A DNA stretch of 64,000 bases, taken from assembly GCF_009914755.1 (NCBI RefSeq), contig NC_060928.1; one strand, 5' to 3'. This document shows positions 48,303-61,559 of the stretch, piece after piece; positions within the stretch are counted from its first letter, which is position 1; each line of letters begins with the position of its first letter. A program made the translations under genes and the position numbers. The DNA is from the human T2T-CHM13v2.0 reference genome, Homo sapiens. The notes below the pieces were generated by a model. The model was given only the letters and a program-made list of their open reading frames with translations, had not been told where the DNA came from and did no database searches.

Positions 48303-49482
48303 TTGTAAGTTGACTATATCTACTTCAATATCTTGATTACGATATTATACTCTAGATTTGTAAGATGTTCTCATTACGAAACTGGGTAAGGAATTTATGG
48401 CATTTCTCTCTATTATTTCTTACAACTATATGTTAATCCACAATTATTTCAAAATGAAAAGTTTAATTTAAAAAAATTTACTTGGAAATATATATATTAC
48501 CTGAAATTTTCATCTTACCATATGCTTCTAAGAGCTGTTTAATGGAGAAAGTAACACAAAAATAAAAACAATATATTACCTACGTTTAGTATATTTTATT
48601 CATAAATATTCCTTTGCAAACATCTTATTTGTTCCCATCATGGCCAAATAAAATTATAGAAGCAGGTCATCATTCTCATTTTAAATTTGGTGAAACAGGC
48701 AAAGATTTATAAGAATTTCCCAACGTGAAAAGGCTACTAACTTACTAAGTTTATGAGACAGCAAAGCTCTTAACATCTCTAGTTAAGAGCAAACTTGAAA
48801 GTACCACTGTCTCCATGGAAATGTCTCAGGACCATCACTGGAGATAATCAATGGGCTCTGTGTGATATTTGACTAAAAGATTTGCTGCTAAAAATATACT
48901 ACACCATAATGTACTAAAAAGGGGAAGGAAAGGCTGCTGTTTCCTGAGATTTCTATATTGGGAAGCTTTAATTCTAGCAAAAATAATAGTCATGTCAAGG
49001 ACCCTGCTGTGGTGTTGACAATGCTTGTCTTGCAAACACATGTCATAATAAAGATCTGCCTGCACCTGGTCAGCTTTGTAAATACTGAGGAAATACTTCT
49101 CCTTAAAGTCATGCATTGTTCAAAAACTTAAATTTCAAAAGGGAAAATAAACAACATTATAAATTATTGCTGCTTAGATTATAGAACTGTAGATTCTAAA
49201 CACTGGCTTCATGGCAGCCATGTGGGGACTAACGGGACATCATATATTCCAAGTCTTAATGCTGATCTATCCTTGTGCCTTTTTACTAAACTTTAACATT
49301 AATAACAAGGAGCATTTTCAAATACTCACAAAGAATATCTAGAGCAGAAAAAATAAACAGCTCTGTTCTAAACCTATAAAGAGCATACTGAATTCAGGCT
49401 CTATAATATATGAAAATAAATGCAACAAGACCAATTTATTTCCAAAGAAATGTTAAATCCGAATTAATTTTAAAATGTTTAG

Positions 49483-49722
49483 TAATAATAGCAGCTAATG
49501 TTTACTAAGCACTTACTCTGTGGTAGATATTGTTCTAAGCACTTTAAATGCATTAAGATATTTAGTTCTCACCATAATCCTATGTGGTAGGTACTATTAT
49601 CATCTATATTTTATACTTGAGGAAACTGAGAGAAGCAAGGACAATAAGCTTTCCCAACCATTTGGGAGCCAATATTCAAACCTAGGCAGTCTGACACCAG
49701 AGTCTGTGATAACAACCACTAG
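49483..49722 (-). mobile_element. MIR
   Basis: CATAATCCTATGTGGTAGGTACTATTATC...TGAGGAAACTGAG...TTCAAACCTAGGCAGTCTGAC. Confidence 0.85.
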
Positions 49723-50344
49723 ATTAAGAGGAAGGAGAATGCCTTTCACAATCCATTATATTTCATTAGAATGAAGTTCAAAACTGTCACAACAATTAAA
49801 AATCGCCTGTTATTATGTAATATTATTTACATAGAAGTTAATGAAGTACAGAAAGTGTAACAGTTGCCAAATGACACAGGACACATGCTATAATTTTTTA
49901 ATCATGCACACCAAGAGCAATGGATGCAAGGTGCAAAGAGATTTTGGTTACACTAAATAGATAATTGGTTTGAAATGAAAAACAGTAACAGTCACAGTAC
50001 CCTAGAAAGAAAGCTATGAAGCTCCAAGTGACTTCCATGCCACTCTCATCACTAAACACACAAAGAACCCGTGTTCCTGTAAGAGTCTGCCATACCTGAA
50101 TGAACAGCCCAGAATTAAAGCCCAGTTTATAGGCAAAAATGTATAGGGCAGATAGAGTTTTCTGAGATTGCCTGGACAATAATTCCACCCCTAAGAAAAA
50201 ATAACTAATACAACTACGCAGATGTCTTCTCTTGGGCATCTGAATGTGCCCAAGTTTCTCTTGGGGATGTGAAATGTGAGCCATTAAAAAAATAAAGGTA
50301 GTTATCTGGTATTTGAGTGAAAGAAAAAAATGGGTTCCAAAAAT

Positions 50345-50818
50345 TGTATTAGTTTCTTATTGCTGCTATAACAAATTACTCCAAATGCAACGGGTTAAAA
50401 ACAACACAAATTTATTCTTACTGTTCGGGAGGTCAGAAGGCCCACTGGGGTTCACTGAGCAAAAATCAAAGTTTTGGCAGGATTGCGTCCTTCTGGGGAT
50501 GCTAAGGGGAGAATGCATTCTTTGTCTATCCCAGGGTCTAGAGACGACCTGCTGCTGAATCCCTTGGCCCGTGGCCCACTTTCAGCAGTGGCATCTTTGG
50601 ATCCCTGCTTCCTTTGTCATGTCTCCTTGTCATTCATTGGGCTCACCCACGTAATCTAGAATTATCTCCTTATCAAAAATTCTTAATGTAATCATATCAA
50701 CAAAGTCTCTTTTGTCATTTGAAGTAAACATATTCATAGTTTTGGAGGAATAAGAATGTGGACATATTTAATTGGCGGCAGGTGGCGGGGCGGGGGTGGT
50801 TTTGTCCTGGCTAAAACA
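50345..50818 (-). mobile_element. MLT1D-like MaLR solo LTR
   Basis: TGTATTAGTTTCTTATTGCTGCTATAACAAATTAC...GGAGGTCAGAAG...CATTGGGCTCACCCACGTAATCTAG. Confidence 0.8.
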
Positions 50819-50821
50819 AGC

Positions 50822-51070
50822 AGAGTGTAGTAGGTTAAGAGCTCAGCTCTATAACCCTCTGAGCATGTGAAATCCCACCACCAACATATACAGCTGTGTT
50901 ACCTCTCAGGTAATTACCTAACCCCTCTCTACCTCCCTTTTTTCATCTTGAAAAGGGGAATCATAATAGTATCCCTCTCAGGAATTTGAGATTAAATGAA
51001 AGAATACATATAAAAAGCTTAGAACAGTGATTGGAATATAGTAATCAGCAGAGAAATGTAATCTCTTAAG
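50822..51070 (+). mobile_element. MIR
   Basis: GGTTAAGAGC...CAGCTGTGTTACCT...GATTAAATGA...AAAGCTTAGAACAGTG. Confidence 0.75.
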
Positions 51071-51352
51071 ATAAGAAACAAATATAATATTTAATGTTAT
51101 CCCTAAGATGAGGAAGGCATAGGGAGATCTGAGAAATGATTCACTTCTAAGGCTTGTCTTCTGTCCTTAACACTACCCCAACTTCCTTTGAGAACTGGCC
51201 ATTTTCTTGCAAAGTTGGTTTCTTACACTAATATACTAAGACAAATTAAATTACTAAAAATTACCGGAAATAATTTTGGCATGTTTGTGGCCAACATTGA
51301 CTATTTCCAATCAACGCTGACATCTTCCAAATTATTTACTCCAAAGGTCTTT

Positions 51353-52968
51353 TTCTCAAACAAACAAACAAATAACATTTTATTGAGGTATGTTTGACAT
51401 GTAAAAAGCTGTACATAGTTGATGTATACAACCAGATGTGTTTGAAATGAGCCTACACCTGTGAAACCTTCACCAACAAGGTTATAGACATATCCATCAC
51501 CTCCCAGCGTATCCTCTGGCCCTATTATTATTATTATTATTATTATTATGTGTTCGTGCTAAGAACATTTAGCATAAGATCTACTCTCTGAACGTTTTAA
51601 GTACACAATATAGTTAACTATATGTACCATGTTATATAGATCATCATAACTTATTTATTTTTCATAACTGAAACTTTATCTATTTACTGCCACCTCTGTA
51701 TTTCATCCCCCACCAACCAGTGCCTAGTAATCATTCATCATTCTACTCTCTGCTTCTGTGAGTTTATTTTTAATTCCACATATAAGTGAGGTCACACAGT
51801 ACCTGCCCTTTTTTGTCTGGCTTATTTCACTTAGCATAATGTCTTCCAGGTTCATCCATATTGTTGCAAATGGAAGGATTTCCCTCTATTTTAAGACCAA
51901 ATAATATTTAATTTTATGTATGTACCATATTTTTATATCCATTCATCCATTAATAGACACTTAGATTTTTTTTCCATATCTTAGCTATTGTGAATAATGA
52001 ATGCTGCAATAAAAACAGGAGTGTAGGTAGGTATCTCTTCAAAATTCTGATTTCAATTCCTTGGGATAAATGCCCTTAAGTGGCATTGATGGGTTATCCA
52101 TCTTATCTGCAATTTTTTTGGAAGAATTTGAGAGGGATTGGGGCTAGTTCTTCTAAGGTTTGATAGAAGTCACCAATGAAGCCACATAGTCTTTTACATT
52201 TATTTGCTGAGAGGCTTTGGACTATTGATGACTACTTACTTGTTCTTAGTCTATTCAGATTTTCTTTTCGTGATAATTCATTCATGGTAGGTTGTAATTC
52301 TATTTTTAATTGTATGAGGAAACTCCATACTATTTTCCACAATGGCTGCAGCAATGTACCTTCCTACAATTACTATACCAGCATTCCCTTTTCTCCACAT
52401 CCACACTTGCTACCTTTTTAAAAAATATATATAAGCCAACCAAATAGGTATGAGATGACAGTTTTCTGTGTTTCTGATTTGCACTTCCCTAATGATTCAT
52501 GATGTTGAGCATCTTTTCATGTAACTGTTAGCCATTTGTATGGTGTTCTTTTTTTTGAGAAATGTGTATTAAGATCCTTTGCCCAGTTTTAAAGTTGAGT
52601 TATTTGAGGTTTTGGCAACTGAGTTGTAGAAGTTCTTTATGTATTTTAAATATTAACCCCTTACCAGATACATGGCTTCAAAAATTTTCTAACATTCTGT
52701 AGATTGTATTTTTATTTTGTTGATTGCTTTATTTGCTGTGCAGGAGCTTTTTAGTTTGATGTAATCTTTATTTTTATTTCAAAGAAAATTTGTTCAAGAA
52801 AATTTGTTGTGAGGAATTTTGGTGTCATATCTAAAAAATTATTGCCAAGACCAATATCAAGGTTTTTCATTCATTTTCTTCTAGAAGTTTTATGATTTCA
52901 GGTTTTATATTTAAGACTTTAATTCACTTCTAGTTGATTTTTATGCATGGTGTAAGATATAGGTCCAT
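51353..52968 (-). mobile_element. L1MA (L1MA8-like) 3' segment of a 5'-inverted insertion
   Basis: Reverse 3'UTR TTTTATTGAGGTATG...AAAAGCTGTACATA...CATATCCATCACCTCC and reverse ORF2 C-terminus. Confidence 0.85.
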
Positions 52969-54510
52969 CATAAGAGGCTACTGTGAAAAATTACATGCCA
53001 ACAAGTTGGATAACATTGAAGAAATTGATAAATCCCTAGAAATATACAACCTACCATGACTGAATTATGAAGAACAGTAAATCTGAATAGACTAGTAACA
53101 AGTAAGAGGTCATCAATAATCAAAAGACTCCCAGCAAATAAACGTCAAAGATAATACAGTTTCACTGGTAAATTCTATCAAACATCAGAAGATTTAGCTC
53201 CAATCCTTTTCTAACTCTTCCAAAAAAACTGAAGATAAGATTCCAAACTCACTTCTCAAGGCCAATATCATCCTGATAACAAAGTCAGGCAAGGACAGTA
53301 CAAGAAAAAAAATTACAGCCAATATCCCTACTGAACATAGATACAAAATCCTTGAACAAAATAACAAAATCTTAGAGCTCATTTAAAAGACCACACACCA
53401 TAACTAAGTGTGATTAATCTCTGGGATGAAAGGATCTTTCAGCAAATGCAAACCAGTAACTGTGATATGTCAAATTAGTAGAATGAAAGATGAAAAGAAT
53501 ATGATCATCTTGATAGATGTAGAAGAAGCATTTCACAAAATTAAACATTCTTTTATTATAAAAATGCTCAACAAATTATGTATATAAGGAGTGTACCTCA
53601 ACATAATAAAGCCCAAGCTACTGTCATATTCAATGGTTAGAAACTGAAAACTTTTCCTCAAAGATCAGAAACAAGGTAAAGATGCCCACTCTTGTCACTT
53701 CTGTTCAGCATATGCTGGAATTAACAGCCAGAGCAACTAGACAAAAAAAAATACATCCAAATTAAAAAGAAAGTTGTCTCTGTTTGCAAATGACATGATC
53801 TTATATATAGAACACTCTAAAGACTCTACTAAAAAACTATCGTATTTAATAAATATATTCGGTAAATTTGCAGGATAGAAAATCATATGTGAAAAATCAG
53901 TCGTGTTTTTACAAACTCACAATAAATTATCTGAAAAAGGTATTAAGAAAATAACACCATTTACAATAGCATCAAAAAAATACAGTACTTAGGAATAAAT
54001 TTAGCCAAGGGGTCCAAAGAGCTGTACACTGAAACTATAAAACACTGATGAAATAAATTGGGGAAGACATAAATCACTGGAAGGATATCCTGTGTTCATG
54101 TATTGGAAGACTTAATATCATTAAAATATTCATACCATTCAAAGCAATTTACAAATTCAATCAATGCCTATCAAAATTCCAAAGTTATTTTTCACAGAAA
54201 TAGAAAAGCAATCCTAAAATTCATATGGATTCACAAAAGTCCTGCAATAGCCAAAGCAATTTTAAGAAAGAGGAATGAAGCTGAAGACATCATACTTCCT
54301 GGCTTTAAAGTATATTACAAAGTTATAGTAATCAAAACAGTATGGTGCTGGCATAAAAGCAGACACATATATCAATAGAACAGAATAGAGACCCCTGAAA
54401 TAAACCCACACACATACAGTCAACTAGTTTTTGAAAAGGAGGCCTGGAATACAAAATTGGGAAAGGGTAGTCTCTTCAATAAATGGTGTCAGAAAAGTTG
54501 GATATCTAGA
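52969..54510 (+). mobile_element. Inverted 5' segment of the same L1MA (ORF2 RT region)
   Basis: Sense ORF2 (CTGTTTGCAAATGACATGATC; [17 protein letters not shown]); ends where the minus segment begins in consensus; shared 16-bp TSD. Confidence 0.85.
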
Positions 54511-56151
54511 TATTCTAAAGGTCTTTATAAGATTTTTGAAGACTTCATGAATTTTCAAAATTAAATAAACAATATTTGTGCTTTAAGTACGTGATAAGTT
54601 CTAAACAAACTATAAATCCACTTATCAAAAGACAATTGCTAAAAAAAAAAAAAAGAATTTACTAAAAGGCTAAATCTCAGAACTCACTGCATTTTTCAAC
54701 TTTCAAAATCTATTTTAATTGTTCATATTTGTATCAGTTTGGTTTTCTTAACTTTTGAAAGTTTTTGTTATATTTAGTTACCTCTTTCTACATACCCACA
54801 TATTTTTAATTGTTCAGGTTTTTTAAATGAGAGATTCTAAGACAATTTAAAGTTTTAAAAGCATGTTTTCCATTCAGAGAAGTATATTTTGTAATCAGTA
54901 ATGAAATTTTAAAATAAGGAGCAATTTTATTTTGTGGAAAAAAATTATCATGAAAGCATGGGGCCACACAAAACAAAAGGAAAAAAGTGAGGATGCAAGG
55001 AAGAGATTTTAAATAAATAATATGATTATCATAACAAATGTGACAGGTTAACACAAGTACAATTTCTGAAGGAAAAACAGAAGCAAATAGTTGACCATTC
55101 TAAAATACTGCTAGTGTAAGACATGCACTTAGGAACAAGATAAACTATAACACATATTAAATCTTAGGTACAATTAACTAGAAGTTATCAATAAATGGCT
55201 TTAAACTATATTATGAAGCTATCGTGATCAACACAGTATGGTACGGTTGGTACGCTCTTTAAAAACTGAAGAAAATAATTTTGAAATAATAAAATTGTTG
55301 ACAAAACAGCAACTATATATTATTTGAAAGGAATCAAGATAAATACGTATATTATATGAATTGCTGAAATGTTGCTTATTAATTATGGAGCATACTACTT
55401 TGAATATTCAGTATATTTATGAGACTAAGCTACTCTCTACCCCTTTATTTAAAACCAATATAATATTTCTTAACATGCTACTATAAAGACAAAATAAAAC
55501 CATTCTTTAAGCTTCATAGAAGTCTACAAATATTGTAAAAAATCATTCCACATAATATGTTGTAAACTTATAAAAATAGTTTAATAGTTGTTTTTGCTAA
55601 TTTACCAAATTGGTTATCTGACAAATTATTTTCTGAGAATTGCCTTTGGCTTATTCGATCATCAGTAACTTGGCCTTTATCTATGTTATGAATACTCACA
55701 GTTTCCCTTCTTTGAGATGTTTCCATTCATTAATGTAAGGGGGTATGTGATTATCAACTTTGTGTCAACTTTAGTAGGCCACATTACCCAGATATTTGGT
55801 CAAACACCAGTCTGGATGTTACATGAAGTTATTGTTTAGATGAGATTAATATTTAAATCAGTAGACGTTGAGGGAAGCAGATTACCTTAAAGGCCTTAAG
55901 AAAAAACAGGCTGAGATCCCTTATGAAGAGGAAATTCTGCCTCCAGACTGTCTTTGGGATCAACATTCCATGCCAACTCTCCAGTCTGTGGGCTTATGCT
56001 ACAGATTTTGGACTTGCCATCCTTCATAATCACATTAGCTAGTTCCTTAAAACAAATCTCTCTCTCTCCCTCCATATATGTATATAAACACACATGCACA
56101 CACACACACACAGACATAAAATACACATATATATTAATAATATATGCATGC

Positions 56152-56601
56152 TGTGAAAGGAAAATAAATCTTGGGGCCCCAAAATCATTAAACTAAAGGG
56201 AAAAGTCAAGCTGGGAACTGCTTAGGGCAAACCTGCCTCCTACTCTACGCAAAGTCACCCCTCTGCTCACTGAGATAAATGCATATCTGATTGCCTCCTT
56301 TGGAGAGGCTAATTAGAAACTGAAATGTATATAATCATTTGTCTCTTACCTACCTATGACCTGGAAGTCCCCTCCCCGCTTTGAGTTGTCCCACCTTTCT
56401 AGACCGAACCAACATTCGTGTTACATATGTTGATTTATGTCTCATGTCTCCCTAAAATATATAAAACCAAACTGTGCTCTAACCACTTTGGGCACATGTT
56501 GTCAGGACCTCCTGAGACTGTGTCACCTGTGAGCATCCTCAACCTTGGCAAAATAAACTTTCTAAATTAACTGAGACCAGTCTCAAATTTTGAGGGTACA
56601 C

Positions 56602-56602
<1 letters not shown>
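56152..56602 (+). mobile_element. MER4A1-like ERV1 solo LTR
   Basis: TGTGAAAGGAAAATAAATCTTGGGGCCCCAAAATC...GGCAAAATAAACTTTCTAAATT...ACA. Confidence 0.88.
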
Positions 56603-56645
<43 letters not shown>

Positions 56646-56646
56646 T
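56603..56646. repeat. (CA)n microsatellite
   Basis: About 18 uninterrupted AC units. Confidence 0.95.
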
Positions 56647-57418
56647 ACTTTTGGGTAAAAAGTAAAAAATGAATCCTTTTTTAATACTGGTTCTTCTAGT
56701 CTGACATGCTGTATTCCCATGCTAGATCACTAGGAGACAAATGTTTTCATCTTCCATGTAATAACACAAATGTATTGCCCTCCCAAAGCTTCCTCTGATT
56801 CCCTGTTCTGCGCTAGGCTTTCCTGCACTTATGCCTGCAAATGAGTTTTGATTGTGCCTGCCGTTGCTTGTTATATTGACTATCTCTATCATAGACTATT
56901 ACATCCTTGAAACTATGTTTATGTGTCCAGGGCCTGTAGATTAATGGATGGATGGGTGGATGGATCAGTAGATCAATAAAATCAGCTACCAAAACATAAA
57001 TCTTTCAAAATATTGGATGTGCTCTACTACAAGACCCTCTCAAAAAAAAGAAAAAAGAAGTAGTTCATGAGAAGTTTGAGTCCTTAAAGTTAATGCTGTT
57101 TTCTCTACATTCTAATCCCAGAAGTACAGCAATTCACTTGAATGATAGAAATGCTTCTAACAATGAACTGTACTGAAAATGATTTAAAATGAAAGCTTGT
57201 TGGACACAAAACGTATACAAGTTATATCACTGAACTTAACTCCCTTAAACATATTGCTAGAACAAAATCTGGAGTCGGGGGAAGGAGGGGTCTGTGGCAC
57301 ATCCTCTTACATTTTTAGTGGGAAAAAGCAAGACACATTCTAGACTTTTATTACACGGGTCCAAATATAGAAGCAGTTCTATGACATAAAGAGTTATTGT
57401 TTCAATAAGTATCTTGCC

Positions 57419-57727
57419 AGCCAGGCATGGTGGCTTATACCTGTAATTCCAGCACTTTGGGAGGTCAAGGCAGGTGGATCACCTAAGGTCAGGAGTTGGA
57501 GACCAGCCTGGCCAACATGATGAAACCTCATCTCTACAAAAAATATAAACATTACCTGGGCATCGTGGTGCACACTTGTAGTCCCAGCTACTCGGGAGCC
57601 TGAGGCAGGAGTATCGCTTGAACCTGGAGGTGGAGGTTTCAATGAGCCGAGATCATCCCACTGCACTCCAGGCTGGGCAGCAGAGAGAGATTCTGTCTCA
57701 AAAAAAAAAAAAGAAAGAAAGAAAAAA
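57419..57727 (+). mobile_element. AluSx-like
   Basis: Full dimer plus A-rich tail; AAGT(A/G)TCTT flanks. Confidence 0.93.
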
Positions 57728-58478
57728 AGTGTCTTCTCTATTTTTAACCAGACAGATTTATGATGGGAAACTATGATAGTGTTTGTTTTGCTATTGCTTT
57801 TTTGTGAGCTCATGTTTCAATGAGTTTGAGCATAAAAATAGGTTACATTGCAGAGCAATGGAGTTAGACAAATATAATTTTCTGTTGATATAACTGAAGG
57901 CAAGGAATCTCAAAATCTCAGTGCAGGTGGTCTGCTGTGGCATTGCTATGAAGGTCCAGGATCCTAGCAAGAGAAGAATCATTACAGATCTCTCCACAAG
58001 AACTATTTGGCATTCACAAGTAGCTTTCCTAGTGAAGACTTACTATACAACAAAATAGAGAGAGCAGTAATTCCTTCTCAGCCACCAGAATTTTTGAAAT
58101 AGCATCATCCTATATCTCAAGAGCTATTGGTATCACAAAAAAGAAAACATTTCTTGATATTCAGCTAAGAGAAAGCAGTTGCTCTGTGCAAAGCATTTCT
58201 ATATTAACATTTTTGTATTTTACAACAACCTAACGTTGTACTCTTTTTAGTTACTAAGGATCCATGCATTATGCTTATGTTTGAGCCCCTCAGAATAGGT
58301 TTTATCTCAGTAAAGAATACTTGCCATTGTTTTTAGTTTTCTGCCAGTTCAATGATTTCTTAGCATTTCATTCCATGCACATTTTTACAGAAAACAAAAA
58401 AATATATAATTCAAATAGATCAAAATGAATATTCTCCATTGAATGCTTTTTACTGGTAAAATTAAACTAAATATAGTC

Positions 58479-58792
58479 AGCCGGGCACGGGGACTTACGC
58501 CTGTAACACCAGCACTTTGGGAGTCCAAGGCAGGCAGATCACCTGAGGTCAAGAGTTTGAGACCAGCCTAGCCAACATGGAGAAAGTCCATCTTTACTAA
58601 AAGTATAAAAATTAGCTGGGCGTAGTGGTGCACACCTGTAGTCCCAGCTACTCAGGAGGCTGAGGCATGAGAATCACTTGAACCTGGGAGGTGGAGCTTG
58701 TGGTGAGCTGAAATTGCACCACTGTACTCCAGCCTGGGTGATACAGCAAGACTCTGTCTCCAGAAAAAAAAAAAAAAAAGAAGAAGAAAAAA
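58479..58792 (+). mobile_element. AluSx-like
   Basis: Full dimer; TAAAT(A/G)TAGTCA TSD. Confidence 0.93.
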
Positions 58793-58799
58793 TTAAATG

Positions 58800-58977
58800 T
58801 AGTCAATCCTCCCTTTCTGTGGGTTCTGTACCCCTGGGTTCCACAGCTGTCAATTAAATCAATCTCAGATCCAAAATACAATAACCCCAGGTTTCACATG
58901 GCCAGCTTCTGGACTTGAGCATCTGTAGAGTTTGGCATATGCAGGGTGTCCTGGAATCAATCCCCTACAATGACTGT
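58800..58977. mobile_element. MER2-like TcMar-Tigger MITE
   Basis: AGTC...CTGTGGGTTC...GTCCTGGAATCAATCCCC...GACTGTA, with AGTC/GACT inverted ends. Confidence 0.6.
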
Positions 58978-58979
58978 AT

Positions 58980-59175
58980 TACCTCATTTAATCATAAGGA
59001 GAATTTTGAAAAGTGTCTACCATTATTTTCTACTCCACTTTGTGGATGAAATTGTCCAAGACATTAATAGAGTAAAAAAATTCTAAGGTGAGAAATCTAA
59101 TAAGAGAACAAAAATCCTGGCATCTAAAACCAAAGTATATCTGATTTCAAAGTGCTGGCTCTTAACTATCACTCT
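58980..59175 (-). mobile_element. MIR (degenerate)
   Basis: CCTCATTTAATC...CCACTTTGTGGATGA...TCTGATTTCAAAG...CTCTTAACTA. Confidence 0.4.
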
Positions 59176-60289
59176 CTATCTTCCCCTAATCTTCCCAGCA
59201 AGTATTGTATTATAATCAATTCACCTGTTTTTTTTTCTTTTTTTGCAAAATCACTTTTGTGTAAACACTGACCTAGGCACTGTGTTGCATTTAAAGACAA
59301 AAAAGTTCATCAACACAAGATTGTTCTTTAAATATACATTTAATCCACTAAGGGATTTAAGTAATCTTCAAAGACCATTAGTCTTCACCAATTTTCCTTT
59401 TGAATATTTTAATAGCTTCAAAACTTTACAATGTGTAACCACTTTTTGGCTCTACATTAACTTGTGTGTAGGAACAATTCATCTGGTGAGTGAATCCTGA
59501 TCATCTCTGCAGCATACCCATTTCAACGAGGAGCTTCTAGTGCTGCGATAGACGTGAAGAAAAAGTAGATATTTAAAAAAAATTCTCCCACGTACAACTT
59601 TTACCAGGAAATAGAAGTTTGAAACAAAGTGCTAAATGGTAAATTGATCAAGACTATGGATGAGTCTTACATTATTTTATGTGCAAACAAGAAAAAGGAA
59701 AATTTATAGTTTGCTCAATTCTTACAGCTGGGAAAGGAAAAATTGTAAACTAAATTGTGTTTACACATTTGGTGATTTTAAAGCCTTCATATGTACTTTT
59801 CCTAGATGTCAAATGTCATTACATAAAAAGTGTTTTGTTTTGTTTTTAGTATTGCAATGTGCTCAAGAATCATACAAAATAGAAAAGACACTTCAGACCC
59901 AAGAAATTGGGAAAAACTGCAGAAAGAAAACACAATTGAGCTGACCTTTAAGGACAGAAGAATTTCAACAGAAATAGGAGTTTCTGTTTTTTGTCTGTTT
60001 TGGGAAGTACAGTTCCAGATGAAACTGTGTTAATAAAAACATTATTCTTCAGAGGCTGAAATAATGAAAAATATAAGACTAAGCAAAAAAAATGAAAACC
60101 AAATTAGTCTATATCATAAAGAGCAGTAAATTTGGAAAAAATAAATAAGCTCTGTATGAAATTATTACACACATTACTATGAAAAAAGAGTTTCCCAAAG
60201 TCTCTGGATAAATAAAATAATTTCAGTGAACTAGAGAATGTCACCCGAGATTAAAAGCGCCTTCTTATTGCAGAAAATCTCTTAAAATA

Positions 60290-60290
<1 letters not shown>

Positions 60291-60333
<43 letters not shown>

Positions 60334-60364
60334 CACAGAGACAGAGAGAGAGAAGACAGAGAGA
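60291..60364. repeat. (CA)n followed by (GA)n microsatellite
   Basis: About 20 AC units, then a GA-rich tract. Confidence 0.95.
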
Positions 60365-61559
60365 TCATGAAAGAAAAGGCTATTCAATTACTTTAGAGAT
60401 TAATGAAATTAAAAATAAAATATTTACTATATACACTTTCCCTTGACTTAAACTGAAACAAAACTAAATGTGGCAACTTTGATTTTTATTTGATCACCTT
60501 ATGTGCTTTACATTGGTAGCATAAATGAAATAACTATACTAAAAGGAAAATTATTTTTCATGCTAGTTAAATATTCAATTGATTGTTTTGGCAGGCTAAA
60601 TGTGGATGGGGCTAGGAGTACGAGGGAGATTTTTAATGAGCAGGTAGCTCTGAACTCAACAGCAAATTAAGGGAGCATAAATCCTTTATAAAAACTCTTC
60701 CCACATACTTCCTCTCCTCACCACCAGTTCACAAAAGGCTGCTGTTTTTATGAGAGACACTGAGAATAAAGTCTGAAGCTGTGAAGGAACTGGTTAAGTC
60801 AGAACAGGAAGGGAAGAGGCTATGAATGCAGAAGCAACTCAGAGGCGCTGACCCCAAAGGATAATTGCCAGAGAGGGTTCTTCTTCTCAGGTAGTCTTTG
60901 TGATCCAACATAGTCCCTAAATAATTCTAATAAACAAGTGTCATTTTTTGAAAAGTTCTTACTGTAGATACAACATGCAGAAGCCCCAGTCTCCTTGTTG
61001 GAGTCAAATGTGCATATTTAGTTAAAAAGAAAAAAGAGAACACCTGTTTCCATGACTACAGTGTTAATTTACTTCTTAGAGTTGATCTTGTGCGGGATTT
61101 CTGTTTTTCTTGCTATAGTATTATATGCATTGTTGACATTTAGATTTGCACTAATTTTAGTGCATATCTACACTAAAATATATAAAGTATGAATAAGTAA
61201 ACAAGTATCTCTTTTTTTCAATTTATGTTCTTGTTCTTTTGAAATTACTAACACAAGTTGCAAAATCAAGCTCATTTTAGTCAACATTATGTATTATCTG
61301 TACATATATACAATATTAAATAGAATATTATTCAAAAGGCACAATTTTGTATTTAGTAAGAAAAGCAGAAAATCAGTTACCTTTGAATAAATAACTTGTT
61401 TGAAAAATAAGTTGGGAAATTTACAGCAGCAGTGGCATAAAATGTTTAAGGCTTCTCATATCTCTCCATAAAAAGTCAAATCAAACAACAATCACAAAAA
61501 TCCATATATAACATCCACAATAAAAGTAGATGTAAAGTTGCCCACAAAACTTGAATGCT

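Larger units (their letters stand above)
55746..56705 (+). mobile_element. MLT2D-like ERVL LTR interrupted by MER4A1 within its (CA)n tract
   Basis: TGTGATT...TGTGTCAACTT...CCCAGATATTTGGTCAAACACCAGTCTGGATGTT...CAGATTTTGGACTTGCC; right end approximate. Confidence 0.75.
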
